Shown here: positions 49,560 to 63,247 of the stretch, piece by piece
Layout of the letters: each line of letters opens with the position of its first letter
How positions within the stretch are numbered: position 1 is the stretch's first letter
Assembly: GCA_965649765.1 (NCBI GenBank)
Contig: OZ287748.1
Span: forward strand, 79,794,001-79,858,000
Length of the DNA: 64,000 nucleotides
Direction of reading: 5' to 3'
Source of the DNA: Bispira polyomma
Lineage: Eukaryota
Program-made: the position numbers and the translations under genes
The notes under the pieces: model-generated
Seen by the model: the letters and a program-made list of their open reading frames with translations, nothing else
Databases searched by the model: none
Told to the model about the DNA's origin: nothing

Positions 49560-51629
49560 ATGGCCACAAGTCACCTTAGTGGTTACCACACTCAGACGTT
49601 TGAAGACAGCTCGCAGTTTGAGACCTTGGAATGCTGCCTGCTCTGTTTGGATACATACGATAAGCCCACACAGCTCCACTGTAAACATGTGTTCTGTGAG
49701 CAGTGTCTGCGTCAGTACACACAAATTTATGGCCAACAGCAGGGGCAAGATAACGGGGTAGCTGTATCTTGCCCCATCTGTAGTAAGAAGACACCACTGC
49801 CAGATGATGGATTGGCTGGTTTGAGTCATTCCATCTCAAAATGTATGGACCAACTGTCCACAGCAGAGACGCAGCACAGATGTGAGTCTTGCTTATATAA
49901 TAACAAGACAGAAGAAGCGGAGTACTACTGCAACAAATGCTTCTTGAATTTCTGCCAGACCTGTAAAAATGCTCACCACAATCATTCAGTGTTTTCTGCC
50001 CATACTGTGATTCACATTTCCAATAAGGATTCTATCAGCTTGTTCTGTGCCCAGCACGGCAGGCTTCCTAGTCTCTACTTCTGTACTGACTGCAGCATTC
50101 CAGCGTGTTCAGTGTGTGTGATACAATTACACAACAAACACAGCAATACTCGTCTCAGTGAAGCACTAAGTGTGAGGAGAGCCAATCTCAAACAATCCCT
50201 CAACAAGCTCGGACCAAAGCTAGAGAAACTCGCGGTCAAACTAAGAAAAGTTAGTCATGATTTTACTAGTCATAGGGACAGTGTGTTAGTAAGCGAAGCT
50301 TCAATGGATTCCATGTACCCCGAAAGTGAAGGGCAACAAGAAATGATTCCTCTGAAACTGTGTGAAGACATCAATGACAATGTTGAGTCTAAAATACGGG
50401 TCATTGATAGGGAAATCAAGAAATTACAGATGCTCTATGATTTAGTGTCCAAAAGCCTTGAAATGTCCCAGTCCAAGAAACTGCTTCTTGTATACGATGC
50501 CCTGATGTCAAGGTTACAAACAGTTATTGACACCGAACTAGAACAGCTCCAGAAAGACATCGCATCTAAAATTGAAAGGGAACTTGAAAGCTCAATCCAT
50601 GTCAATGGAAATCATACCGTTTCTTCTAGTTTAAGTTTCAACAGTTTAAATGAACGTCGCAGTATATCTATGACTGGAACATCAACCAAAAGCTCCCCCG
50701 CTCATTCTCAGCTTTCTCTCGAAGGTGGAACAATGGATGGTGACACAGATCACTTCATGCTCTTTAAGCCCAAACTCACTTGGAAGATTGAGAAGACAAG
50801 GTCTGAAGACCTTTGGAATCCATCAGGCGTTGCTTTTCACCCTTCTGGTAATCTTGTGGTTGCTGAATATGATGTTGTTACTGAAAAGAACAATCGCTTA
50901 CGACTGTACGATGCTGGGGGCAAATTGAAGGGCATGATCGCCACTGGCCTCCTCAAACCTCTTGGAATAGCCGTGAACAGAGACGGTAACATTGCAGCCA
51001 CAGACTGTGCTGGAAAAAGGGTGAAGATCTTTTCTCCAGATGGTCACATGCATTTAGAATTTGGTAAAGGTAATTTTGGTTGGCCCTATGGATTGGCCTG
51101 TAATAGCAAAGGTGAATACATTGTTTCAGATACATTTCACGATACTGTTTCAATATTTTCGCGCGATGGAAGAAAGGTGAAAACTTTCGGCTCCACAGGC
51201 AGTAGTCCCAGTCAGCTGAGGAATCCTTTCCATATTACTGTTGATAGCAGTGACAACATTGTAATCTCTGACTATGGAAACAAGTGTATCAAGGTGTTCG
51301 ACATCAGAGGAGAGTTTATGAATGTCTATTTATCTGATTCACAAAGGCGAAAATCGACCGAGTCCGGTAAGCCAAGTAGGAAAAGACGCAAGCTGAAGGG
51401 TCCACGTGGCATTGTGGTCGACATTCGAGATAATACCCTGGTTGCTGATGACAGTGGCAGGGTATGTCTATTTGACCCTAAAGGGACATACACACGAAAC
51501 CTGTTGACTGATGAAGACACAGTCAAGTATCCTGAAGGACTTGCTACAAACAGAAACGGTGACCTGGCCATCACGGAATGGAACACGAACAATATGCTCT
51601 CAATTAAAGTATTCCATATGTATGAATAG
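49560..51629 (+). CDS. TRIM-NHL E3 ubiquitin ligase (RING, two B-boxes, coiled coil, NHL propeller; TRIM2/3/71-like), single-exon CDS
   Basis: C3HC4 RING CLLC..CKHVFCEQC..CPIC; two B-boxes; NHL repeats PSGVAF, PLGIAV, PYGLAC, PFHITVD, PRGIVVD, PEGLAT. Probable 5'UTR acceptor at 49337-49338. Confidence 0.93.
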   Translation: MATSHLSGYHTQTFEDSSQFETLECCLLCLDTYDKPTQLHCKHVFCEQCLRQYTQIYGQQQGQDNGVAVSCPICSKKTPLPDDGLAGLSHSISKCMDQLSTAETQHRCESCLYNNKTEEAEYYCNKCFLNFCQTCKNAHHNHSVFSAHTVIHISNKDSISLFCAQHGRLPSLYFCTDCSIPACSVCVIQLHNKHSNTRLSEALSVRRANLKQSLNKLGPKLEKLAVKLRKVSHDFTSHRDSVLVSEASMDSMYPESEGQQEMIPLKLCEDINDNVESKIRVIDREIKKLQMLYDLVSKSLEMSQSKKLLLVYDALMSRLQTVIDTELEQLQKDIASKIERELESSIHVNGNHTVSSSLSFNSLNERRSISMTGTSTKSSPAHSQLSLEGGTMDGDTDHFMLFKPKLTWKIEKTRSEDLWNPSGVAFHPSGNLVVAEYDVVTEKNNRLRLYDAGGKLKGMIATGLLKPLGIAVNRDGNIAATDCAGKRVKIFSPDGHMHLEFGKGNFGWPYGLACNSKGEYIVSDTFHDTVSIFSRDGRKVKTFGSTGSSPSQLRNPFHITVDSSDNIVISDYGNKCIKVFDIRGEFMNVYLSDSQRRKSTESGKPSRKRRKLKGPRGIVVDIRDNTLVADDSGRVCLFDPKGTYTRNLLTDEDTVKYPEGLATNRNGDLAITEWNTNNMLSIKVFHMYE

Positions 51630-53210
51630 AAGGTTGAAAATTCAGTAATAATAATAATACAGCAGAGAACCTCTAGCATCCAAACATGTTAGGGAAAGCA
51701 AGGCTTTGTGGGTATAATAGAAGGTTAATCAAATAGAAGAGTTATTTTAGTGCAAAACAATAGGAAAACATAACCTTGGGATAGAACAAAGCAGTTCATG
51801 AAATTAAATGTTTGGATAATAGAGATTCTACTCTAATAAAATAAGGGGAATACTAACACTACCTAAGTATTTTGTAAAATAGGTTTGATGTGTTTTAAGT
51901 TTTAATTTGTTTTAACATACAAATTATGTGTGTTAGTCTTTCATTTAGACTGGGACATTAATGTCTTGTTAATTAGTCTCACTTTTTCCAGTGATACTGA
52001 AATCATGTTACGTTCATGTCTATATGAGGGTGAAATAACTGCAGAGATGTAGAGAGTTACAGTATTTTATTGACAGATTGTTAATTCTAAATAAATGTTA
52101 ATATATTTTGTGATATCCATTGATTGTGGCACAGTGATGCCCTAACAAATTCTGTGGCAAAATTGCTGCTGACAAATTCGACGTACCCCATTGGTCAAAA
52201 TTAAATACAAAACAGTCAGCTTGATTGTTTTAAACTGTGTACATTACAAAAATTTAATGCCAAAAATAGTTTTTATCAAGGGATGTCCACTGTTGAACGT
52301 CTTCATGTTAAATAAAGCTGCCTTATGGTAAATAGATACAACATTGTCTATATTGAATTATATCAACCCCCAAATATGAACTGCAATTTTGTCCTATGCT
52401 AAGTCACCATTTTCAAATGGACTGTGTGCAAAAACAGCCAGACATAAAGAGAGAATTATTTTGTTTGAATAATATAAACTTCATAAAATAGGAGATTATT
52501 TGTTTATTTTTGTACACAAGAAGTACATAAAGATAGAATAGAGAACAGTAGACAAAATAAAGGAATATCAAAAACTTAAGGTAGTTCTATTTTTAAGAAC
52601 TCCATATAGAATTATCAAAGTGTGGGTGGTTTTGCAAAAGTTTCCTTGATTCTTCTTTATGGCACTGGGCAAATAATTGTTATAGCAGTAAAATGAGAGA
52701 AAGAAAGGGGGGAAAAACACCCTCAACAAATGGCAGGAGACATTCCTCTCTGTGAAGTAAAAGCACTTTAATGATAGGCCTCTATAAACCAGCCTCACAC
52801 TTTTTCCCCCACTCTTGCTCCAATAATGTGAAGGGAAAATTACACATACCACTCTTGACTCTTTTTCCCTGCAGGCTTTTCAGCCCTTCTCTCCTTCGTG
52901 TTATTACGAAATTGTCATAAAAACTTCTGATAAAACCACTGCTGCATAATTAAAAGGAAAGATTGTGCTTGTGCTACAACTTACAGACCAATTTTTTTAC
53001 CTGCGTGTAGAAAGAAAACCGTACCATTTCAGAATCACAATTATTGTCAACAGCCAAAACCCCCCACCAAATTGTGCAATGTCTCAAGTTTAGGTCAAGG
53101 TTATAAAGAGCACAGTACAATAAATGATCCAACTACTTATGATGCTGCCTCGCTAGATATTTTCGTCATCGGCAAAATAAACATACTTTTAATCAAAGCA
53201 AAGACATGGA

Positions 53211-53466
53211 TTTGAATTTGAATTGGATATTTAACGTCCACTCTAGTACCTATTAGTTGGTTATATTGGGACAGGTAGTTGGAAACACCAGAGGAAACAC
53301 TGCATACAGTCGGTCAAGGTTCTGCACTGAAATCAGCGGCCCACAGTAAGGAAGTACCACCTTTCCCACATAGGCATTGACGGGATTTGAACTCACGCCG
53401 CCTAGAGGTGAGAGACCAGTGATTGTGAAGCGCAATGCTTGCTAACCACTAGGCCACCGCGGCCCC
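53211..53466 (-). mobile_element. tRNA-derived SINE (copy 2), full length
   Basis: 14-bp TSD AGCAAAGACATGGA at 53197-53210 and 53467-53480; A and B boxes. Confidence 0.92.
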
Positions 53467-56148
53467 AGCAAAGACATGGAACTTCTATTTCCTGGTATAT
53501 GGGAGGTCAATCTATAACAATAATAACAAAGCATAGTAGTCTATTAAAGGCATTTAAAATGGCAATAACGAAAATATCTACTTCACAAAAATATCTAGCG
53601 AGGCAGTAGCGGGATAAACATCTTAGCTTATGAAATAAATGAATTAGAGGCACTTGTCTGAATCATTGTACAGTAGGTAAATCAAGTTACACATTTCCAA
53701 TGAATTACATATATATCTTTTGATATCATTAATTATTTTATTTTTGAAGTCTATGATGACAACCTTTTCCTTAAACAGTGATTAAACATAACAGTTCAAG
53801 GTCGAAATCATAATTCCTGGTCAAACTAAATTTACAGTTTGATTTCTACACTAAATACATGCAATTTTTGCATTTGAACTCGAGTGACAGTAACAAAAAA
53901 TTTCTATGGTATGGACTTACAAAAAATAAGTACCAGTATTAACTATTTTCACAAAGGAAAATCTTCAAAATTGAAAATTTATTCCCAGTCAAAATGAAAA
54001 CGTCGATCATTCTTTTCTTTTTTTCTAATAATGGAAAACCAATATTAAAATTAAACTACACTAAAATTCTAATTTCCTTGTTAAAATTTCCACTTATACA
54101 CAAAGTATTTGGCATGTCCTGTCATTATTCTAAAGTCAATCTAAGGTCACACATTATATACATATATACTGGTACTTTTCACCATTCTCTCATCTCCCAT
54201 AGGAATCTGAATATATATAGACCCACAGTGCATACCTCTTTAGAAAGGCATAGATTTTCACTTAAGATTAACGTATATCTTTAATGAATCATCAAATTTA
54301 CTGTGTAAGAGGTATGCACTCCCTATTCACCTATGCTTATGGCAGACAACCTTTGCTAAATACAGATTAGAACTGGTCTTATGGCTTAGTTAATAATCTG
54401 GTCGTCTCCAGCGATGAGTTTTTAATCCCAGTTGTCTGTGGTTACTTATTGTTTCAAAATTTTGGTGAGATGTCATGTGAATGAATTAATATCATGGTAA
54501 ATAGAATATGTGAGGGCATTAAGAAAAATATACAAACAAAAACAGACTTCATTAGTTTTGCACTACATAATCCCAGTGAGTCAATAATCGTGCCAGCAAA
54601 TACCCTTTTTATGTAGATAATTTGTCATTTCTTTCTATATACGAAGAAAGAGTAAGGGGTTATTTAAACACACACTTAGAATTCATGTACTTCTAACTTA
54701 CCTGAACTACACCTCTTGCCAGTAAATAACCAATCAAGTTTTTTTACCTTACTTCCAAAGAAGAGTAAATATTACCAGTTAGAATTACACCTTGTTTTCT
54801 CAACGTTAACAAATTTCTGCTACCATATATTCCAGTTAAAAGACTCAATTTTATTAATGGAATGGTATTATAATGTCCATTAAAATAGAAAAAAATAAGG
54901 AAATACGATGAACAGGACTATAATAATTAAGAGTCTTATAAACAGATCTCATTTTCTCTCCATTGCGATGACTCATAGTTCCTTTTGACTACATGTATTC
55001 GGAGTTAAGAATTTCAAACATGCCACATTTTCCAGAAACTTACCACATCATAAAGTCATAAGTCATGTAATATAAACCAATTGGGACAAATTTATATGAA
55101 AGATGATTTTCAATGCGTCTGGTTATTCAATCTTGTGAATAAAAGAGCATTTTTAGTCAGAATTTACTTTCGGTAATTTTACAAATGTGGTGAATTTCAG
55201 AATTCTTAACTCTAATTATAATTACGCCTAGGCCTGCATATACTGAACTTCTCAATCTGAAACTCACAGTAATCTTAAAATATATCCAGCTGTATCTTTG
55301 TGTACGATGACATTTAAACTATGACCACATATTTAAGTTTATTCCTGAAAGCTCTATTAAAATGAACGGTAACATGTTATTTTTTTTAAGAATGAAATCT
55401 ATTTCTCTGGTATTTGAATTTAGGCACAAGTTTAAGTGTAAGACCTTTAAGTGTAAGACCTTTGTTACGACCCCTGGTTCATGACAAGTCAATAGGATAT
55501 TGGGTATGCAAATTTCCGCTCATTGGAAATGAAACAAACCATCAACGCAGCCTATAAATAATACTTAATAGTCTTTAAGTAAAAATAGTTTAATTTCCTT
55601 ATCAAACAGGAATCAGGAGAAAAAATTACAGTAGTATTTTTTTTGTCTCTCAAAGTAAATATCTCCATTCATTAATAGTAGGGAAATTACTACAAAACAG
55701 GCGGCAACCAGTTGATAGGTTAATTAAACTGATAAGCAATTTACACTACAAACGGGTCTCAAGTGATGTCAATGGTGATAATCTTTTATCCGATATGGTT
55801 TATTACGTCAAGCTGAAATAATGAAGTACACATAGGTATAAAGTTTCCCATAACTTATATCACACACGATGTTTTATCACCAAATTGTGAAACTGATTCT
55901 AATAGGCTAAGCACCAGGATTTAACGTGGCATGAACTACAGGGCTATTCTAGCCTTACTTGCACCCCAGGCCATGCAACTCCATAACTAATCCCTCAGGA
56001 AACAACCATTACTAGGCTTAGGGACCAAGAACTTCTTTTTTTCTGACAATGCTGACCGCAATTAGCAAGCCTACTGTCAATTTTTCAACATACATGCCAC
56101 AATTGAGAATCAAACCCTGAGTCCAGTGGTGGGAGGTGAGAGTGTTAT

Positions 56149-56460
56149 GTCTAATCTAATCTAACTTTTATAGCGCTTATCACTGTTCTAGCAGATTCTA
56201 AAGCGCTGCAGAAAGAAAATCATTTTGACAATTTCATATAACCATTAGACGTACAGGGGTCATGACCATGGAGACGCTAGAGAAATGTAGGGAGGCTAAG
56301 GTAGAAAAGCCTTGCTAAATAGGTAGGTTTTGAGCTTTTTCCTAAAACAGGCAAGCGAGGAGTCAGTGTGAATATCCATTCCACAGCTTAGGAGCATCAT
56401 ATGAGAAAATAATGTTAAAATGTCTTTTTGACTTGTGAACTGATCGTACAAAGGTACACT
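56149..56460 (-). mobile_element. L2 LINE 3' fragment
   Basis: (TTAGA)n tail, gcgctataaaa motif, FSYDAPKLWN..FRKKLKTYLF; related to 14103-14492. Confidence 0.8.
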
Positions 56461-58011
56461 ACCTCAACACCACCAAGGCCCCTATATTTTGAATAGGATT
56501 TAGTGTAGTTTGAGTTTAGTTGGGTTTTATGTCGCTTTCTACAGCTTATGTCATGTTGCAATGGCCAGAATATTTAAGATAGAAAAACAGAAGATAACCG
56601 AGGTGTCACAACAGGAACAACCGTTTCTTGGCTTATGGAATAAGAGATTCTTTTTCTGACATTAAAGCTGGTTGCAATTTGATTTTTACTCAACAAGTAT
56701 TTTGTATTACAAAGGTAGATGAAGGTAGACTACAGTACAGATTAAAAGTGAACAAAACAGTAATAGCAAATTATTATATTTTGACCGATATAATTCATGT
56801 CAGACATTCCTTGGATTTGCAAGCTATTTCTAAAAATAAAACAAGGCTACCTTTTAAAACAAGATAGGTTTTTTTTACTCTTTTAAGATTTTATTACTTA
56901 AATGTAAGAATTACTGTATTTAACAGTATCAATATTACCTAATTACATATTCAATCAGGTTCCCCACAGTGAAGAGCAGGTCGGTCGTATTTCATGATAT
57001 AAGACAAATTAATGAAGACAGGGGAGTAACCGCATTTGTAACATATTTTTGGCATTTTATTACACAAAAAAACATAACAATAAACTATTGTACACAACCA
57101 CCAATAATTTAAAGGCACCTTACTTAAGTGCACTAGGTGACTTTAACCATTAAGCAGGATATACACTACCTATTGTTAATGTATTAGTACAACAAGATAT
57201 TTTTGTCACTCCAGATATCATTGTCTGAAAGTACAAATGAAAGCTTCCAAGGGTGTCAGTATCTGATTACTTAAACAACACAGCCAGGATAACCATGACT
57301 TTCAATTACGACTGTCTAAAATTTGTCACACACTTAAAATTTTAGCAACGATAAAACAGTCAGTCACTTTGATGAAAAGTGTTCTTTGGTCTATAATTTG
57401 TATATCTTATCTACAACCAAACTTGTGTCACTAGTGTTTATTCTTAATATTGTACCATTTTGTTTGTTTATATTCAGTTATGTGGCAAAAGGACAATATT
57501 ATAAAAACTATTGACACCCAAGTTAATATTCACCTTTCTAGTATGTAAAGTAATTATAAAATTACCTATTACATTTTGAATGTAATATTAAATTAGCATT
57601 TTGCCCATTTTAGCATAAGAGCCATTTGGTCTTTGTTTTGTCTGCCCAATTTATACTTCTCTTACTGCCAATAAACAATTAATAGCTTTGTTTATTCAGC
57701 TTTTTTATGCTCGTTCTCCCTTGAATGGAAAATCTTTAAGTCTGGCTGAATCTTTTTAGATCAGCTCCCAAGATAAATACACGCATTGTGCATATAGATA
57801 TATATCACTAAAAGCTCATTACGAGTAACCAGATCAGATGAGCATTGGGCAAATAAATGACATATATGAAAAAAAAATCTGTTTTATAAGTCAAAGAAGA
57901 CAAACAGAATATATGACATGCAGATTTTTTATGATGAGTTCTCTCAGTCAGTTAGTGAGCACTTGACTAAATTAAAGGCGCTGACCTGTGAATAGAATAC
58001 CGATTTTGAAA

Positions 58012-58149
58012 ACATTTCCTAACTTAACTGTCACCTTCATAAACCACGCACACTATGATTTGTTAAATGGATAAAACACATATTTCCTAACTTAACTGTC
58101 ACCTTCATAAACCAGGCACACTATGATTTGTTAAATGGATAAAACACAT
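58012..58149. repeat. 68-bp tandem duplication
   Basis: Two near-identical units. Confidence 0.85.
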
Positions 58150-58654
58150 TCAACACAGCACATATAATGCTATTTACCTCTTTAAGACAAGTACAGTCAA
58201 CTACAACACCCAGCACCAGGTATCTATAACTGATATGTCCCTAACTTAAGAACAGTGACTCTAACAGGACAAGCTTGTCTTGCTGAGTTTGGTTGCTTCT
58301 AAAGTATGGTAAACTTTGGGACGTAACAACTTCAGAATGACCCAGACTGGTTTTTTATCATACGGTTACTTATGTGTACTTAAGTAGGTCCACACAGTAA
58401 AACAAAATAATTCAAACAATTAAAAGTATAGCAGGATTTAGCTAACAATGTTAATTTCTCATGTTAGATGCGTAATAACCCTTTCCAAACCAGGGGATAT
58501 ACTGAAATTGTACCACTTTTGTGGTCTTGGAGTTTTAGAGACAGTCAGGCTTCGCCTCCTTGTTCCTACACCTCCAATTATGGTAATATGACCTTAATAT
58601 CTCTGTTCTTCCGTATTCATTGCTAAAATAGCTCCAAACAAATTCCCTATCTAA

Positions 58655-58876
58655 TGCTGTGATCACAAAAGATGGCTAACATAAGGTGAAACGTTACCAT
58701 TTTCATAGTGAACGTAGAGTACTTAAGTAAACGTAAGCAAACGTAAGCATGAGTGAGTACGACCGATACTTTGATTTTTGGCTATGTTTCCCCAAATATT
58801 CACTTTGATTATTTCCGTTTTCTTACGTTTACAGAATTTTAAACATAACACGAACATGCTCAGTGCGATTACGGCA
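58655..58876. mobile_element. Harbinger-type MITE (family of 37633-38272)
   Basis: TAA TSD; degenerate TIRs; aacgtaag repeats. Confidence 0.65.
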
Positions 58877-59311
58877 TAAGACAGGTGAAACAGGTGATTG
58901 GGAAAACAGTGTGTTTAAGACAGTCTGCCAATGTGTCTTGATTTGTAAAAGAGTTGCTTTGGAATACAGATGACAAAGGTTCTAACCCAGGTTACAGGAA
59001 ACTACTGTATAAGTCAAAATTTTAACTGGAAGTAAATTTCACTAATTTACAATTTTGGAAAAGTTCCCTGGTATTAATTTTCACCACTGACTATTTTTTG
59101 TTAAAACATCAACAATATAAGTTTCAAATTTTCACCAGGAAATTACCTTTCACTATTCAGGCTCATTAGCTTAAATAGCTAAAATTATTTCCTGCTGAAA
59201 AGTTACAGTACATTTAGAGGCTTAAAATAGCAGACATTGAAAAAATAATCGACCCCAATCCTTTTCAGATAATATGGCTGGGATAACCATTGTAAAGATT
59301 GAAAGAACATT

Positions 59312-59388
59312 ACACCTCTGGCAGGTTTCGATCCATGGACCTGTCGCTCATGAGGCGGACACTTAACAGTTGAGCTAAAAGGGAAACC
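59312..59388 (-). pseudogene. tRNA-like remnant (CAT anticodon), tRNA pseudogene or SINE head
   Basis: TAGCTCAACTG A-box-like, CTCATGA loop, GGATCGAAACC B-box-like; acceptor stem pairs poorly; partial second copy at 59551-59583. Confidence 0.5.
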
Positions 59389-59765
59389 CCTGAAGCACAA
59401 GTTATTAATGCACACATATACACTAGTATATTATATACCTCTTCTGTCTTAAGGGTCTTATATGACTACATTATTACTCTACCATGATTGGCTTGCGAGA
59501 GAAGAGGATCTTGCCACTGATCTCAACGATGTGAAGATGAAAAGAAAGTTACACCTCTTTCAGGTTTCGACATGCCGCTCATGTAATATATAAAATTCCT
59601 GTGTTGTACTCTTTAATATGATATTTTATTGGTTAAAATCAAGCAAGAGAATAATAACTTTAATAAAATAAATCTTAAACATTTATTCTTATTGGTGTCA
59701 AAAGAGAAGAGAAATTGACTTTACACAGTTCTACTTGAAGGAATTTGACTGTACAATAAACTTAC

Positions 59766-59969
59766 CTGAAGAATTGTGTTGTGAAAGAACTGAATGCGAG
59801 GCTCTCCGGTGTGCCACACTGTGATCATGCGTATCAGAGGTTTAAGCTGTCTCCTCAAAGTTGCCCAAATCACGGGGGGTGCTTCTGTTTTGTTTTTAAA
59901 GTCACCGAGTAAACCAGGAATGTGAGACTCTGGGAGTCCATCCATGGAGAAGCAAATCAAAGCCAGCAC
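59766..59969 (-). CDS. NACHT/TEP1-like gene exon (winged-helix region)
   Basis: AG|VLALICFSMDGLPES..PPVIWATLRRQLKPLI..FFHNTILQ|GT; 68 codons, phase 0-0. Confidence 0.9.
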
Positions 59970-60492
59970 CTAAAGAGTTGAGATGTAGCTTGTAAGGCAG
60001 ATTGGCATATACTTAAATTATTCGTGAATGGGTAACAGGATTCTCCTCTACTGAAGGAAATTCCAGGGTAACAGGTTGCAAAGAGCTATAGTCAATAACA
60101 CAAACACAACAGAAACACGACTTTAGGCATTTCCTAATGGTTCAGTAGATATAGCTACAAGACAGACTGACATAAACTTAACCATTCATGAAACCGGAAC
60201 AGAAGTATGTGTCTTGAAGAAAATTCCAGGGTAACAGGTTGCAGATAGCTAGAGTCACTAACACATACACAACAAATGACAGTAGGAAATCTTTTTCAAA
60301 CCCAACTCTACAAAATATAATTATGCTTGGGCAATTCAAACTTAGTCTTTATTTCATTTTACTAATTGTACTAATTGTTACTAATGTGTTAACCTACCTA
60401 TTGCTATGTCCAATTGGTTTTAACATAAATTTGGAAAATATATGTGCTTGTGTCACAAAATCAAAGCGCTTTAGCCTCGGCTATTGGAAATC

Positions 60493-63049
60493 TCATAAAC
60501 AATATTTTATTGGAACAAAGCAATCAGGCAAAATCAAAAAGATTATTATAAAGCCTTCTCGCAGGAAGATATATATACAAAAGAAACAAAATAGAAAAAT
60601 AACACAGAATGACGAATGAAAAGATGAGAAGGTGTGTGGGCACTGTAGTGATCAAAAAAAAATTCCCTTAAAAATTCCCTTAAAAATTCTTGAACTGTTC
60701 GAAATTTTGTCTGGTTTTGTTCAAATGTCAAGTCAAGGCTACCAAATAATAGAGTTTCACTTGAAACAGCAGGAATATCATATAATTTAGCTAACATTAA
60801 CTGTCTCGGTATGGCATAGTTTATACAATCTAAAAGGAAATGTGTATTATTTTCATCAGATAGGCCACAGTCACAAGTGCAATTGCTCAAAACATGTAAA
60901 TATTTTGTGAGGTGTTCCTTAAGAGGGCTACAGTTCATGCGCATTCTAGCATGAATTGCATTCCAGTACCGTTCACCTTCAACAAACAATTTTTTACGGA
61001 ATTTAACTAGTTTTTCATTACACTTAAATTGTCGTTTGCGTAATATGTATTTGAATGTAGAGAGAGTTGTTGCATATTTGAGTGAGTTGTCAAGTTCATT
61101 CCAGAGTTTTATCCCAGCTGGAATGAAGGAACTTTGATGCATATTTATTCTACATTTTGGAACCTGAAAATCATGTCGGTTTCGAAGTTGATATGTGATG
61201 GTACTTCCAATTGTAGGAGGAATTAAGTTTTTTAGATAACTCGGAGCTAAATCATGTGTAATTTTATACATCATTATCAACACATGCTGTTCACGCCTAC
61301 TGCATAAATTTTGCCAGCCTAGTTCCTCAAAGAGTGAGCGAATGTTAGATCTAAAAGGAGCACCAGACACAAGCCTCATAGCATTAACCTGAATACTATC
61401 TAGTTTGCGTAAATCAGAGTGGCTAGCTCCAGCCCAAACAACATCACCATATTCCAAAATGGGTCTAATAAAAGCAAAGTACATTTTTTCCAGTGTAATT
61501 CTGCTAACTTGATATTTTAACTGCTTTAGCATGTTCAATCGCTTTCCAGCTTTAGTACTGATTTGATCTATATGCATATGCCAGCCCAAGTTATCCTCAA
61601 GCCAAAGCCCTACATGTTTATGTTTAGCCACATTAACAATTGGTGTGTTGTGTAAGTATAACCTTGGATTTTCACTTTTGTGATGTTTGAGGCCAATAAT
61701 CATTGATTCGGTTTTTGAAGGATTGAAAGTAACAAGCCAATTCTGAGACCATTTTTCAATATTTTTTAGGTCCTCATTTAATTTAATTGCTGAATCTATT
61801 CGATTGTCAACTTCAATAAAAAGGCAAGTATCATCTGCAAAAAGTCTTAAGCTACAATTTTTTACAACTTCTGTAATATCATTAATAAAAACCAAAAACA
61901 AAAGAGGCCCCAGTACTGACCCCTGTGGTACCCCAGCAAATATTTTGCTCCAGTCTGAAAATTTACCATTGATAACAACTCGTTGCACCCTATCTTTTAG
62001 GTAATCTTCAAACCACTGGAATAATGTACCACTGATACCCCATTTCTTCAGTTTGAATAACAATCCCCGATGCCAAACGCGATCAAAGGCTTTAGAAATA
62101 TCAAGGAACACAACTCGTATTTCTTTGTTTTGAGATACCGCTGAGCAAAATGTATCATATATTTCAATTAATTGGGTGATTGTTGAGGAACCTGGCAAAA
62201 AACCCTGATTGCTAAACTGATAGGAAGAAATTGTCTTTAAAATGATTATATAAGTATTTAAAAACTATTCTCTATACCATCTTTCCCAAAATACTGAGAA
62301 GAGATACAGGTCGATAGTGTCCTAACACATTCTTGCTGTCTTTTTTGTGTAACGGTACTACATTGGCTTGTTTCCACAGCTTAGGAACTTTCCCTGTAGA
62401 CAATGAAAGGTTGAATAATTTTGTTAATGGCTTTACCAATGAGCGATTTGCTAGTTTTATAAATTTAGGTGAAAGACCATCGGGGCCATATGATTTGTTA
62501 CAGTTAAGTATTGATATCTGGTCAAGTACTTCTTTTTCTGACACTACAATGTTGTGTAAAACACCACCCAATGGGGTGTCATCAACTGGTAATTGAGCCT
62601 GCTCTTCTCTTAATATACTAGCTTCGGCAAAAAAAGAATTAAAAGCATTTGCTTTTTCTTTATCATCAGTTATCAGAGTACCATCCTGAGATAACATAGG
62701 GGGAATAGATTTATCAGTAGGCTTTTTCAAAAAAGATTTTGCTAGTTTAAAGAATGAGCCATTATTGAAATTTTCTGCATTAAGTTTCATATAGACCTTA
62801 TTTAGATGGTCATTCTTACAGCGACTGACTTCACGATAATAAAAATTTCTTTCATGCCTATAGTTATCCCATGAAGAAACGGTATTTGCGCGTTTTGCCT
62901 TAGAATATAGGCGGTTAACTTTACGTCGTAATCTACGTAGATAGCCATTGTAAAAAGGTTTATCAAAAGAACGGACTGTCACTTCCTTATGTGGAATACA
63001 TTCTCGAGCTGATAGTAACAATTTTTCTGTAAATAACTTACATGATTTT
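60493..63049 (-). mobile_element. 5'-truncated CR1-group LINE (RT + C-terminal Zn finger), frameshifted
   Basis: ORFs 62272-63021 and 60546-62198 with YRPVSLL, DISKAFD, GVPQGSVLGP, LFADD, CDCG..HFLLDC; AATAAA at 60506-60511; 11-bp TSD TATTGGAAATC at 60482-60492 and 63050-63060. Confidence 0.92.
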
Positions 63050-63247
63050 TATTGGAAATCATTTGTTCCTCTTCCTCTTTTTGGTATGTCAGCCATCTTG
63101 GAATTTAATCTCATCTTGGACTGACAAGCAAAGGTAACCGACAAACATGGGCGGAAAAAATAACCTCCTTGGCAGAAGCAATAAAGGCAATACTGACACA
63201 ATAGAAACACAGTCAGAGATAGTCACGTATGTTTCCTCAAGACTAAC

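Noticed and set aside
59312-59388. Functional tRNA-Met
   Set aside because: The acceptor and D stems pair poorly and a partial duplicate lies nearby; treated as a remnant.
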